The position numbers and the translations under genes are program-made. 64,000 nt of DNA from Proteromonas lacertae. Taxonomy: Eukaryota. The stretch covers positions 1-64,000 of the forward strand of contig NGBS01000311.1 of the NCBI GenBank assembly GCA_002245135.1, in the 5' to 3' direction. A model generated the notes under the pieces. That model worked only from the letters and a program-made list of their open reading frames with translations. It searched no databases and was not told where the DNA came from. Shown in pieces: positions 39,652 through 52,203 of the stretch. Each line of letters opens with the position of its first letter. The stretch's first letter is position 1.

Positions 39652-40585
39652 ATGGCTGAAGAAGGGGAATCAAAGAGGGTACCTGCATTTGGCGATTTTG
39701 TTGGAGTATTTTTGCATTTTATCTATGTTTGTACTAGAGAGTCAGAGATATAAGAGAGGAATTTGTAAATGGCTTTACTTTTGAGCATTTAAAGCAATTA
39801 TCACAAAATTTTAGTTTCAAACACATGTATAATTTATGATAATGAAATAATTTAGTTTTGAATTTGACCATGAAATACCAAGTCCATTCCTAGGTCAACC
39901 TCCATCTCATGAAAGTGGTTATACACTGTCAGCAACTTTAATTGATAGAACATATATGATTTCTAGTCATATTACTTCTTCTAAAACAATACAAGCCTTA
40001 CTTGCATATGTACCAAATCAAACATGGTTAATTCGAACTCAACTTATGATGCCAAATCCAAACACATTACAAACGGTATTTATTCCACAATATAATGGTT
40101 ATGATTTCTCAGTTTCTTCCAAAATAATATCTAATGGATCTTTTTATTTCGATTATAACCAAAGAATAACAGATAAATTGACTATGGGTGGTGAATTCAG
40201 CTATGGACAGGGAATGAGTAGTATAGTATTTGCTGGTCAATATAAATGGAATAAAGGTAAATCTTATATTGCTCCAATCTATGATGTTCCCTCAAAAACA
40301 TTAAATTTAATATATAGTAGAGAATTAGCCAAAAAATTACGTTTAGCTGCTAATTTAGAAATAGGACAGGATCAAACGAAGAGTTATTATTCAAAGATGG
40401 GATTAAGTGCAAGATGTAAGTTTAAGAACGCAATGTTTGAAATTTTTGGTGATTCAAGTGGAACAATTCAAATATCAACAGATAACTATGTTACATATAA
40501 AGATATGTTAATTTTACAAGCATTTTTCAACCCATTTAGGAATGTTTTTAAACTTGGAATAACTTATAAAAGCGATATTTTCTAA
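39652..40585 (+). CDS. Tom40-like mitochondrial outer-membrane beta-barrel
   Basis: Spliced N-terminus ...FVNGFTFEHLKQLSQNFSFKH...SGYTLSA; YNQRITDKLTMGGEF; DSSGTI; terminal beta-signal-like FKLGITY. Confidence 0.65.
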
Positions 40586-40714
40586 AAGAAATAAAATAGT
40601 TCGTAGATATTTTATTATATTATTATTGTTATTATTGTAATTCTTTTATTTATAATTTCTTTTAAAAAACTTACACATACATTTTTCATCAATTATATTA
40701 ATAAATTTAAAAAA

Positions 40715-42445
40715 TTATTTCTTTCCTTTCTTTGCAATTGATTTCTTTGGACTTTTCCCTCCTTTTCCTTTCTTCTTTGGATCTTCTTCATCTTCAACAG
40801 GTTCTACAGGTATAGTAATATCAATATATTGTAATGTAATAGTATAATTAATTTTAGGTTCTCTTTTATGAGCTGTAACTTCACCTGTATTTTCATCTTC
40901 AATTTTTTCTTCATATTCAATTGGAATAATCAATTCACCTTTCACAATAACAGGTTCATCTTTAATATCTAATATTTGATTACATGGAATGTATAATTTA
41001 GTCATTATTGTTGGATCTGGTGGTGGTTCTTTTGGTACTTCTGGTTCAGTTTCTGGTTCTTTTTCTTCTTTACCAGCTTTACTTTTCTTTGATTTTGCTG
41101 GTGTTTTTGGTTTAGCTGTTTTTGATTTCTTCAATTGTGCTTGAATTGCTGCCAATTCTTCAGGAGTTGGTGGAGGTGGCAATATTTGACATAATTCACA
41201 CAGCATTCCTTCATTTAAAATTACATTCTTTAGAAAATTAGTACAAGCAAATTCATGTTGATATTTAAAATTGAAATTAAATGATGGTTGGTTTTGTATA
41301 TAAGGAGTAATACCATTCAATGAGTCATCAAATGTAAATTTTACAGCATAATGTGGAATAATTGGAGGAGGTTGTTCTTCTTCCTCTTGTGTAGGAGTTT
41401 TTGAATTTTTACCTTTTTTGGGGGTGGTTTTTTAGCTTTCTTCTTTTTCTTTGGATCTTCTTCAATGAAATAAGGACCAGGAAGTTCTACAGCATCTTGA
41501 AATTCTATTGATATTTGTAATTGCATGTTTGGATTAATTTCTAAATTTCTGATAGGATCATCTTCTAAATATCTTACATCATCTAAGAATTCTAAGTTTG
41601 GTAATTCTTTTAATATTCTGGTTGTATAAAATGGAATATAACAGCAAGGGTTTCCCATCAAATTCAACGATCTTAGTGGTAATGATTTCAATAGTTCTAA
41701 TACACTTGCTAAGTCTTCTAATTTATTATAACTTATATCTAATGATAGTAAATTTGGGAATATTTGTATTATATCTTCAAGGCAATTTGTTGTACAAACA
41801 TTTATTCCAATTCCGAGATGGATTAAGTGTTGATAATTTCCTTCAAATTGATCGATTTCATTTCCAAAGGCATATAGGACATTTAATGATTGAGGTAAAT
41901 TACAGATTTTGTGGATTTTATTTTCGGATATATTTAATGAAAAGAGATTTGACATTTTTGATATTTCTTGATCAATTTCTGTTATTTTACGATGACTAAA
42001 GTCGATTGTTTTGAAAAAATCTAATATATATTGTCTTGTTAAATCTGGTATATCATCTACGGTAGCTGCTCTATTTGGATATATTAAAGAGAGTAAATCA
42101 TTCAATTCTTCAGACCAAACTGATAGATCTGATTTGATTCCTTGTTTCCTATTATGCATTTATATATACACAATGATTTAAATACTTTTCAAACTTCTCA
42201 ATATCTCTAGAAAGTGCAATTCTTTCAGTAAACTCTGTAAAACGATCATATGGAAATCCTTCTTCATCTAAAGCATTTCTTAATTCCTATAGTTGATATA
42301 ACAATATAATATATACGACAGTCTTGCCATTTGAGAAATCTGTAACTATATTCACACCTAAAATAATAAATGGATGGATATATATCATACCACAATTATT
42401 GAGTAATTTCCAAAATATATCTGATGCTCTAATCCTCTTTTGCAT
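40715..42445 (-). CDS. LRRC43-like leucine-rich repeat protein
   Basis: SDS22-type LRRs (LNISENKI, LYAFGNEI, HLGIGIN, LDISYNKL, LNLMGNP...LEFLDD) followed by K/P-rich C2-like C-terminus; 5' introns and an apparent indel at ~41410. Confidence 0.65.
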
Positions 42446-42485
42446 AAAAAACGTTTATTTTTATTTAAAAAAATTGATCCGTTTT

Positions 42486-44268
42486 ATGATGATGATTTTA
42501 AATCGATTAAATAATAGAGTGAGACAATTTACAAAAAGGCAATTTTTTACTAATACTAAAAATGGACTTATCGTGCCAGGCAAAAAGAAGATTAGACCTG
42601 TAAGGACTTTAGATTCATTTGCTGGTTTAAGTGATTTATCAGACTTTGATCTTGAAACACAGGACGATTTACATGATATTTTGGATACAAAAGTGTCACC
42701 TCTTTTGGCTAGCGATTCGGGTCATTTGTTACACTACTTCAATGTATGTTTTTATCACTCATATATATTAGACTTTTATGAAGACTAGCCCCTTTCAAAA
42801 ACCTGCAAAAGCTAGAATAAATCAAATATTTGCTAATAATGACGTAGATATGAGTAAGATCAAAGCAATCGGTTTTGATTATGATTATACTCTCTGTCAT
42901 TATACCACAGAACTTCAAAAATACATTTATACAATGGCAAGAGAATTTTTGGTTGATGAACTTGGTTATCCTACTGTATTAAAAGGCCAAGCATATTCTA
43001 CTGATTTTCCAATCAGATCATTGATGTTTGATACAAAAACTGGACTTTTGTTTAAATTAGATTATCTACTAAACATTTCTATTAACTGTTGTTATAGAGG
43101 AAAAATACAAGTTCCGAAAGAAGAAATATTGGATATGTATAATGGCACTAGACATTTATCAGAAACATATATGAAACAAAATCTAAAATGTATGAATGAT
43201 CTGTTTTCATTGGCTAAAGCCTGTTTATTAGCTGATATAATAGGTCATTTTGAGAATGAAAGATTCAGTAATACAAACACTACTAATGGAGAATTCACTA
43301 ATTATGACCCATTGATGTTATATGAGGATGTATCTAAGGCCATTGATAAAGTACATATTTATGATTTACAAAAAGAGATAGCAGATCATATAGAAGAATA
43401 TATCACACCAAGCCCAAAGCTTGGTGATGTTTTGAAAAAATTTAAAGATAATAATAAGCAGTTGTTTTTATTAACAAATAGTCCATTGCCGAATATAGAA
43501 GTTGGATTGAGATATTTATTAGGTTTTAATTGGAAGGAATATTTTGATTATATCATCGTTAGTTCAAGAAAGCCAAATTTTTTCACAGATCATACTCCAT
43601 TCAGGCGAATGGACGAAATGGGAGTAGTTTATTGGGACAGAGTAGGAAAATTAGAGAAAAAAATAGTATATTCACACGGAAATTTTGAAGAATTAGCAAA
43701 AATGGCAGGTTGGGGTAGAAGAGGTAATAGAGTGTTATATTTTGGTGATAGTATTAGTGCAGACTTAGCAGAACCTACTAGACGCTATGGTATAACAACA
43801 GGTGCAATAATACGAGAATTGGAGGATGAAATATCAATTGAACAATCACAAGAATTCCTAAAGAAAGTGTGTGAATTAGAATCATTAGACGAATTGAAAA
43901 GAAGGATACAATATAAACCAACTTTATCACCTAGTGAAAATCAAGCTGTGAAGAAAATATCCAATGAAGCAAAAGCGATAAGAAAGTATTTAAGTGAAGT
44001 AAAAAATGAATATTTTGGATCACTTTTTAGAAGTGAAAATAATCCAACTTTGTTTGCTTTAGATACTTTAAGATATGCTGACCTTTATACAAGCAGGCTT
44101 GAGAATTTTGCAGATTATCCTTCTGAATGTAAATTTCATCCTGCTCATATGAGTTTACCTCATGAACCATTTGGACAGTTTTTATTTAAGTCTTATGCTG
44201 ATAAAGAAGATTATAAGAAAATAAAAACGAAAGATATTCCAGCTTTAGATGAAGATAATATATTTTAA
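42486..44268 (+). CDS. HAD-family 5'-nucleotidase (NT5C2/NT5DC-like), possible mitochondrial presequence
   Basis: IGFDYDYTL, FLLTNS, RKPNFF, VLYFGD, TGAIIRELEDE, FGSLFR, RYADLYTS; Arg-rich N-terminus; intron 42744-42771. Confidence 0.9.
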
Positions 44269-44466
44269 ACGAAAATATATTATTTTCTTCTTCTTCTTCT
44301 TCTTCTTCTTCTCACTCACTCACTCGATCTATTTATGTCAATAATGTTTCTCAATATATTTATACATGATGTGTATTTCTTTTTATTTTTTTATTTTGCA
44401 TTTTAAATTGTTTGTGTATGGAAAAAACGACTATATAAAATAGAACAATATGTAATAACATTAGAA

Positions 44467-45343
44467 TTATATTGACTTTGTAAATTCATTGAAGATAATC
44501 TGTGAGATTTCTTTCATATCTTTATTTGGATATACTATATACAAACATAATATATATTATATTATACATTTATTCCATGATATATGAGTGTTTTCAAGCT
44601 CTTTTGATAAAATTTCAACAATTTTATCAACATCACCACTAATTGACATTTGTTCATTTTCATTGTTGTTCATATAAATATTATTATTTATTTTAGTAAT
44701 TAACACTACAGGTAAATAATGAGAAACATCATTTTCAATTGATAATAAACAAACATAATCAATTTTGTTATTTTCTGACATAATAACTTTAAAAATGAAC
44801 TTTGAATCATCAACTGATTCTATATATGACTATTTAAATATATTATATAATCTATTAAATACTTCTAATGGATCAGATTCAATATTGTATTTAGAAAGAA
44901 GAGATTTGTATTGATCCATGTATTTCATAAAGAAAGGAGGCGTTGATAAATGCTCGGCAAAATATAATTTTGAATTAACAAGCAAGGAATAATAAGTAAA
45001 TATGAATATATTCTATGTGATTAATACTTATATAATAATACTTCACATAATGTATGATATTCCTTAATAAAAGCAGAATTCGATAGTGATTCATCATATA
45101 TTTGATACCACGACAAAATCGATTGCAGTTTAGTCTATGGTTATATAAAAATATTATACTCCATCTTCTTCATTCATTAAACTGAAAAATTCCATTAATT
45201 TTTTGCGATATATCACATGTTGATTCAGATACTGAAGTCTATGAAAAGATTATGAAATATATGTTACATACAAATATATTTTGTATATCTGATTTAAATG
45301 AATCAACAGATATTGGTTTCCATTCTATTTTTAGAGAATCCAT
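44467..45343 (-). CDS. Hypothetical protein (about 6 exons)
   Basis: MDSLKIEWKPIS... joined through canonical short introns to ORF 44557-44781; no family recognised. Confidence 0.55.
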
Positions 45344-45450
45344 AATTTCTTCTTATTGTTTTACATAAAAGATTATATGATTAATTTCTTTTAATTCACA
45401 CACACACACAAAATGTACAAAAAATAATTAATGCATCTTACAAACACAGT

Positions 45451-45871
45451 TTACAATAATAATTTTTCGATTGAATTCTTTAAATCATCAATTTGTTTTA
45501 CTAATGGTGAACCTTCTTGTGTAATTACAGAACATGCAATTACAGGACGAGATACTCCACAAGCACGTCCTAAAGCGACTTTTGATTCAACAAAAACGTA
45601 TGGAACATTTTTATCTTCACAAAGAAGGGGTAAATGGAGTAAAATTTCTAATGGCTCAGTATCAGCAGCCATTACAATAAATTGAGAAATACCTCTGTTC
45701 AATGTCTTTGTTGCCTCATTTGCACCTTTTCTTAATTGCTTGTAACGTACAGCTTGTTCAATGAATGTAATGATTGATGATGTTAAATCATGATCTGCTA
45801 AAGGATAAGCTTTTGGGTTGATTTCTTTCTATTTACAAAATAACAATAAACGAGATATAATATACACTCAT
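45451..45871 (-). CDS. SNU13: Snu13/15.5K (NHP2L1) K-turn-binding protein
   Basis: [14 protein letters not shown]...[52 protein letters not shown]...[11 protein letters not shown]; intron after codon 2. Confidence 0.96.
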
Positions 45872-45882
45872 AGTCGATGTAT

Positions 45883-45917
45883 TTCGCTCAATGCAGGAAG
45901 TGCAATATCACTGCGAA
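45883..45917 (-). promoter_or_regulatory. Kink-turn hairpin in the putative SNU13 5' UTR
   Basis: Minus strand UUCGC-AGU-GA-UAU-UGCA-CUUCC-UGCA-UU-GA-GCGAA: 5-bp C-stem, 3-nt bulge ending in U, tandem G.A/A.G, U.U, A-U, 4-bp stem and pentaloop; ends 11 nt before the AUG. Confidence 0.75.
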
Positions 45918-45977
45918 TGAAAAATGCAGAAATAGTTTGAGTGGGTTTGAATCTGTTTTTTTATTTAAATCTTATTT

Positions 45978-46251
45978 ATGCCTTTGCAACAATTACCCTC
46001 ACTTATTATTATAGGTGGCTGTGTATGCCTAACCGCGGTCACATGGAAACTAGCTGACAAAGCTTATTATGGAAGAGTATAGGTTTATTATGTTTATTTC
46101 GTAGAGAATGCCAGTTGGAGGAGATGAATATGATTACATGTTATGGCGACGAGATGAAAAATTATTAAGAGAAGAAAGAAATAGAATTAAAGCAGAAGTG
46201 AAGAGAATGAAGAAAGAGGCTAAAACAGCTAAAACAGAATTAATTAATTAA
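45978..46251 (+). CDS. NDUFA1: Complex I accessory subunit NDUFA1 (MWFE)-like, 2 exons
   Basis: MPLQQLPSLIIIGGCVCLTAVTWKLADKAYYGR|RMPVGGDEYDYMLWRRDEKL matches the LPxxIIGG...KAYxGR...GxDExD...RRD pattern of NDUFA1. Missed by the ORF track. Confidence 0.75.
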
Positions 46252-46477
46252 TTATTATAAATGTAAATTGTAGTTATATTCTTTGGTCTTAGGTGATTTT
46301 AAATATATGAATCACAGATTTAACTTTAAAAAAAACGTGCAACTGTTAGTATAGATTGATGATATACAATCAATATGTTTTAATCTGAGTATCAATCTTC
46401 TTTGGTGAAATATTTTAAATATAAAAAATCTATTCGTTTCTCAATTATTTTATATTGCTTTTTCTTTTGAATAAAAT

Positions 46478-47206
46478 ATGGAATGTGAATATACAGTATT
46501 TCTATTTGTCAAATACATACGAATAATAGTACTCAGCACAAGGAAATAGACATAAATTAAATCCTCTTGGATCTTTCACAACCAAGCAAAAACCTAGTCC
46601 ACCAGGTTGTCCACCTCTTAAACTACCTTATTTACCAGGTACGGCTATAGAGAATGATAAAAATTGGCGTTTATGTGAAGATGAACAACATTTGAGGTTT
46701 TATTACAACACAATTACTGGTAAAAGTCAGTATGCAAATCCATATCAAGTATTTTATAACGTTTTATTATTTAAATACATAGTATTTACCAGAACAATTG
46801 TTATTGGGTGATTATTCACTAGATGATGCTTCATTCGAGGTATTATGGTTGAAATTAGATGTACTAAACACATATTCAATTAAATTACATAATATAATAA
46901 GTGAAGCTTTATTATGCGATATACTTTTACAACATCATTTCTTAGTGATTGCTTCATCAACTCGTGATGATGAAATAAAGATGTATTATATATATTTATT
47001 ATGTTTTTATCCATAGATATGTTTATGCCAGATTTTGGAATGATATTACTTATTATTTTGCTGAATTGACCTTTAGATTAAAATCAGCTAATCTATTGAT
47101 AGTTTCAAAATGTCAAAATCCAATGTATATAAGAGATTTCATTGAGTTATTGCCTTTAGATGAATTGTCATATAGTAAAAAACCAATTTGTGAAATAAAA
47201 GGATGA
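46478..47206 (+). CDS. WW domain plus beta-adaptin appendage platform-like domain protein, 4 exons
   Basis: NWRLCEDEQHLRFYYNTITGKSQYANP (WW-like); LDDASFEVLW...HHFLVIASS...IKIYVYA...YYFAEL...SKC...FIELL resembles B2-adapt-app_C. Confidence 0.6.
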
Positions 47207-47370
47207 TTAGTAATGTGTTTTAAATTAATTTATCTATGTTTGCATTTAATTTGATATTTATTTTCAATTTTTCTCTGTTTAAAAATTAAAGTCGTTTCAT
47301 AATTATTTTTCTTAAATTGAAGTTTTTAAAGCTCTATAATATTCGTAGCTACTATTGTTTATTTAGAAAT

Positions 47371-48647
47371 ATGTCTGTTGAACCATTATCTAAGAAGAGA
47401 AAGCTTGATACAAAGTATTTTTCAAAAATGAAACACAAAGATGACTACGACTTAACTACATATGAATTTAAAGATGGTATGTTTAAAATTAATATATTCC
47501 GTTAGGTTGGAGATATGTTGTACCATATGAATTCACTTACAAAATCTTTTGTAAAGAAGTACTTATCTATTGTATTATTTCAATAGAGATGGTTTAATAA
47601 AACAATATTAGAAGTGTTTACAAGTGAATTCAAAAATTATTCAGAGAATTACTATAAAGCTGCTTTAAATGCTGGAATGGTTAAAGTAAATGATGAAATA
47701 GTTGAAAAAGATTATTTATTAAAGAATGGTGACTTTATGGTTCATACATGTCATAAACATGAACCACCATGTTTTAAATTTACCAATTCAAATCGTATTT
47801 GAAGATAATGATTATTTAATCATAAACAAACCTCCTTCCATTCCTTTACATCCATGTGGAGCATATAAATTCAATACAGTGTTGTATATATTAGCAAAAG
47901 AATATAATAAAAAGAATTTATTCACTGTTCATAGATTAGATAGATTAACAAGTGGTTTAATTATGATGTGTAAGAATAAAACAATGGCTTTTGAAATTGC
48001 TACTTTAATTCAGAATGAAAAAGTGAATAAAACATATCTGGCTCGTGTAGATGGTATTTTTCCAAAGAATGAAGAAGAATGGTTAAAGAATAATCCAGAT
48101 GAAATGTATATTAAGGAAATATGTCAAATGGGAAGGAAATACAGTAAAAATATCAATACCAACACAACCATTGTCCAAAAAAGAAGCAATATATGAATGT
48201 AATGAGAATGGAAAGAATACTGAAACAATATTTAAATATAAAAGTGATAATGGAAAAACATCTGTTGTTGAATGTATGCCTTTGACTGGAAGAACACATC
48301 AAATTAGATTGCATTTAGAATGGTTTAAGCATCCAATAGCAAATGATCCTCATTATAATCCAAAAATGAGAGTTTCAAGAACTAAAAAAACACATTTACC
48401 ATTTGAATTAGAAGATTTTAGTAGTATGACAAAAGGTGAAAAAGATTGGAATAAATTATGTCCTTTCTGTAAAGTGAAAAATGAAGGGAAAGATGAAATG
48501 GATGAAGCATTTACTGATATAGAATTATCGTGGAAATGTATATGGTTGCACGCATTACAATATGAGTATAAAGATCACTGGAGTTATAAAGTAGATGAAC
48601 CAGATTGGGCTAAACCTGATTTTGATGGTGTTATTAGATATACTTAG
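47371..48647 (+). CDS. RluA-family RNA pseudouridine synthase (RPUSD2/Pus9-like)
   Basis: S4-like region, HKHEPP, INKPPSIPLHPCG, VHRLDRLTSG, KTYLARV, PLTGRTHQIRLHL, PIANDPHY, IWLHALQY; two introns, two apparent indels. Confidence 0.92.
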
Positions 48648-48694
48648 AATAATTCATTTATTTCTTAGTGTTATTATATTATTTTTCTCTTTAT

Positions 48695-51600
48695 CTACAA
48701 CAACGAACCTATTTTTATGATTAAACAAACAATTTCAAAATATATCCCATTGAATAAAATATTACTGTATATTCCATAATTCATTCGATAATTCACTCTT
48801 TTCTTCTTCTGATATTCCATTACAATTTTATTATTCCAATTGTTTGAAAATGTCTTTAAAAATGATTTTAATTCTGTTTTATCTATATTCTGTTTTACTG
48901 TTATTGATAATTCATCTAATTCATCAAATATTTCTTTGTTTTCTATTATTAATCTCAATTCACTTTCATCTAATTCATTTCCTGATATATTTATCTTCTG
49001 CAAAGTCTCATATTCTTTTAATTTCTTTATTATCATTTTCAATCCTTTTTTACTCATTCCAACATCTATTAACATGTAAAAAATTATATTTATAAAATAC
49101 CTGAAAGATTTAGTGATATTGGATTATGCTTCTCATCTTTTACAATAAATATATCAATATGTTTACAGATTACCGTTATTCCTTCATTTCCAATCGGATT
49201 ATTATGAATTGAAATGTATTTTAGATATTTTGATAAAGAATCTATTAATTCTTTTAATCCTTTATAACTAATTCTATTATTGGATAAATCTAATTTATAA
49301 TAGTCGCTTTCATAAGATTCTTTATATTCATAATCAATCTGTTTAATAGTTGAAATGTGATTATCATCGATATTCATATCTATTTCATTATAAACAAAGA
49401 TAATATACTAGAGAAATCATAGTTTATATTTTCATATTCTCTTCTTTTCCTTTTAACACAATAATTCAAATAATATTCCAATTCTTCATTTGTCCAAGAT
49501 GAATTTTTCGTTTCTATAAATGAACATCTTTCTCTTTTTAATGATTCTGAACAAATTGATTTTAATCCATTCATTCTGATATTATTTCCATCTAGAATTA
49601 TTCTGTGACAAAATACAAATGATTTTATTTTATTTGTTAATAACATTACACTTTCATCATCTATTGATAAATTACTCAAATTCATAATGTTATGATCTAT
49701 CTTATATAATTTATTATTTAATTGTTTCAATCCATTATTACCAATTGGATTATCTATTCAACAAGTATATATTGAAATATATACTATGGATGTGAAATTC
49801 TTTAATATTATCATTTTCTTTTATATAATCCATCAGATATTTTATTCCAATAGAATCTATATTATTTTCACTTATATCAACTTTAATACTACAGTATTTT
49901 TTTATTTTATCTAATATATATCTTAATCCAACTGAAGATAATCCCATTTCTATTTAAAATAAAATTGCACTAATTATTATACTTGAACAATTTAATTTAT
50001 AATATCATTAAACCAATTATCATATATTAATAAACGCATATGTGAAGATAAAATTCTCATTCCTTCATCTCCTATTTCATTTCCATATAATTCAAGATGT
50101 TTTAGAATTGAAAGTGAAGATAAATTGTTAATCAGGGTTTCAACACATTTATGAGTAAGTTTATTATCTAAAATATAAAAAAATATCAAAAATACTACTC
50201 AGATCTAATTCACACACATCCTCAAACTCATTTGATCTTAATGTAATGAATGTTTTGAAAAAATTATCATCAATTTCTAAATTATTCAGATATATTCCTT
50301 TATCATAATCATTTTTTATACATTCAACTAATTTTGGAATTCTTTTATCAATCGCTAACTCTTTGCTTGTTATATCAATAAAAAATAATGTTTTTGAAAG
50401 AGGAAATTTGGAGAACAAAGTGTTTAATCCTTTCAAATGAATGTTTGTATTTCTCTGTATATTTATTCTCTCTATATTTGGATATTTATATAATTCTTCT
50501 GATAATAATAAATGTAAATGTGGAAGTAATAATTTGAATCCTTTTGGACCAATTGGATTAACTATTTCAAAATAATATATATTATAATAAGTATTAAATA
50601 CATCGAAGATCTACATATTTTAATTTCATATACTGGACTGATTTAATAAATGATTTAAGAAATTGAAAAGTAAGATTACACCTACATAGACGTAATTCTT
50701 TTACAGTTAAAAGTTGTGAAAAATATGATCCAAATAATGATTGACATTGGATTGGAATATACATTCCATTACTAATACCATCTAAATCAAATAAAGAGAT
50801 AATAATTATACATCTAAATTCAAGCTTTGTTGGATTGACTAGTTTCAACACTCTGAAAAAATAATTCATACCTTCTTCACAAAAACAAAAACAATCAGAA
50901 CCAAATTTGAATAATTCCATATACGAAAAATAATTATCAACATTAAATATTATCCTATCTAAATAGCAACTTTCTCCTTCTTCACATCTGTGATAAACGT
51001 GATATTTTAGTTTTTCTTTTATTGAATAATCTGTTTTATAAAATTGCATCAATAATAATAATGACAATATTCTTTCATTTGGATTATTGTTGTAGGATTC
51101 TATCAAAACATCTCGAATATCTTTCCATTTATCATTTTCAAGATAAAACTGTGATGGATATATTATTGGAAATATAACAATATTTTTATCACTTTTATAT
51201 AACACTTCTTTTCTTTCATCACATATCATCAATGAATCATTTTCATCTTTTAATACCTCATTCATTTTCGTCATTTCTTTTCTCAACTCTTTTAAACTCA
51301 ATCTATCTTCACTCTTCACTTTTAACATGCTTTCTATCATCTCTTTCATCACATCATCACATTCTATATCAAAACTGTATTTACATCTCATGATATTATT
51401 GATAGTTTTGTAAACATCATTATCTTCATTGAATGGTAATTTCTTGTTTATCATCTCATATAATATACAGCCAATTGACCAAACAGCACTTTTATCATTA
51501 CATTCTAATCCATTCAATTCTTCTGGGTTTTTGAAGCACATATCATACAATATCATTTCTTCTTCTTTTCTTAATTCATTCAAAAACAAATCACATAACT

Positions 51601-52076
51601 TTACATTGTTATTTTTATCATATACCACATTAGAACTCTTCAAATTACATACAACCACATCATATTCACTCAATATTATCAAAATATCACATAATGAACA
51701 TATCATATTACATATATCTTTTACAGAAAAGGATTTATTCTTTATCAACTCCTCCAAATCTCTGGAGTAATAGACTCTCTCTAACATTATCATATTATCC
51801 CCGATTATCTGTATTTCTGATGGAATTATATTTGACAAACTAATCTCACTCAACAAAATATGCTTTTCAAAACAAGTCATTATAATTGGACCTCTTACTT
51901 TCTCTATATTCATTATCTTCATTACATTATCATTATCTATCCTCTTTATACTTTCACATTCTCTTTATAGACTTCTATACCCTATGATTAATATCACATA
52001 TAACTCATACATTCAAATCAATATCATAAGCTCTTTTTAAACACTCAGCAACATCTTCAATTTTTGAAAATTTCAT
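48695..52076 (-). CDS. Kinase-like (probable pseudokinase) plus RI-type LRR protein, multi-exon
   Basis: Kinase C-lobe with VVCNLKSSNV (no HRD), DLF (no DFG), NPEE, AVWSIGCILYEM; then LxLxxNxIGxxG repeats. The true stop may be 48762 if one G is missing at ~48817. Confidence 0.75.
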
Positions 52077-52203
52077 ATTGAAATGTCAAACAAGAATCGA
52101 ACTTTTTCTTTTCTATTACACACACAATGAAATTATCCAATCAAAATAACACAATTAAAAATAATAACATAAATTAAATAAAATTTATACAAATTATCAT
52201 ATT

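Noticed and set aside
45883..45917. Independent box C/D snoRNA or U4 snRNA gene
   Set aside because: The C-like and D-like boxes are only ~14 nt apart with no guide region, and I see no Sm site or U6-pairing arms; a cis-acting K-turn fits better.
1..48200. Programmed ribosomal frameshifting or mass pseudogenisation (breaks in Hsp70s, pyrC, Ig gene, RagC/D, MAPK, LRRC43-like, pseudouridine synthase)
   Set aside because: Breaks go in both directions, fall mostly in homopolymer runs, share no motif and hit conserved housekeeping genes; long-read indel errors are the simplest explanation. Read polishing would settle it.
48695..48770. Stop codon completed by polyadenylation upstream of TGTTTGTT
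   Set aside because: The spacing gives no in-frame T/TA/TG at the expected cleavage point; a genomic TAA at 48762 after a single indel explains it better.
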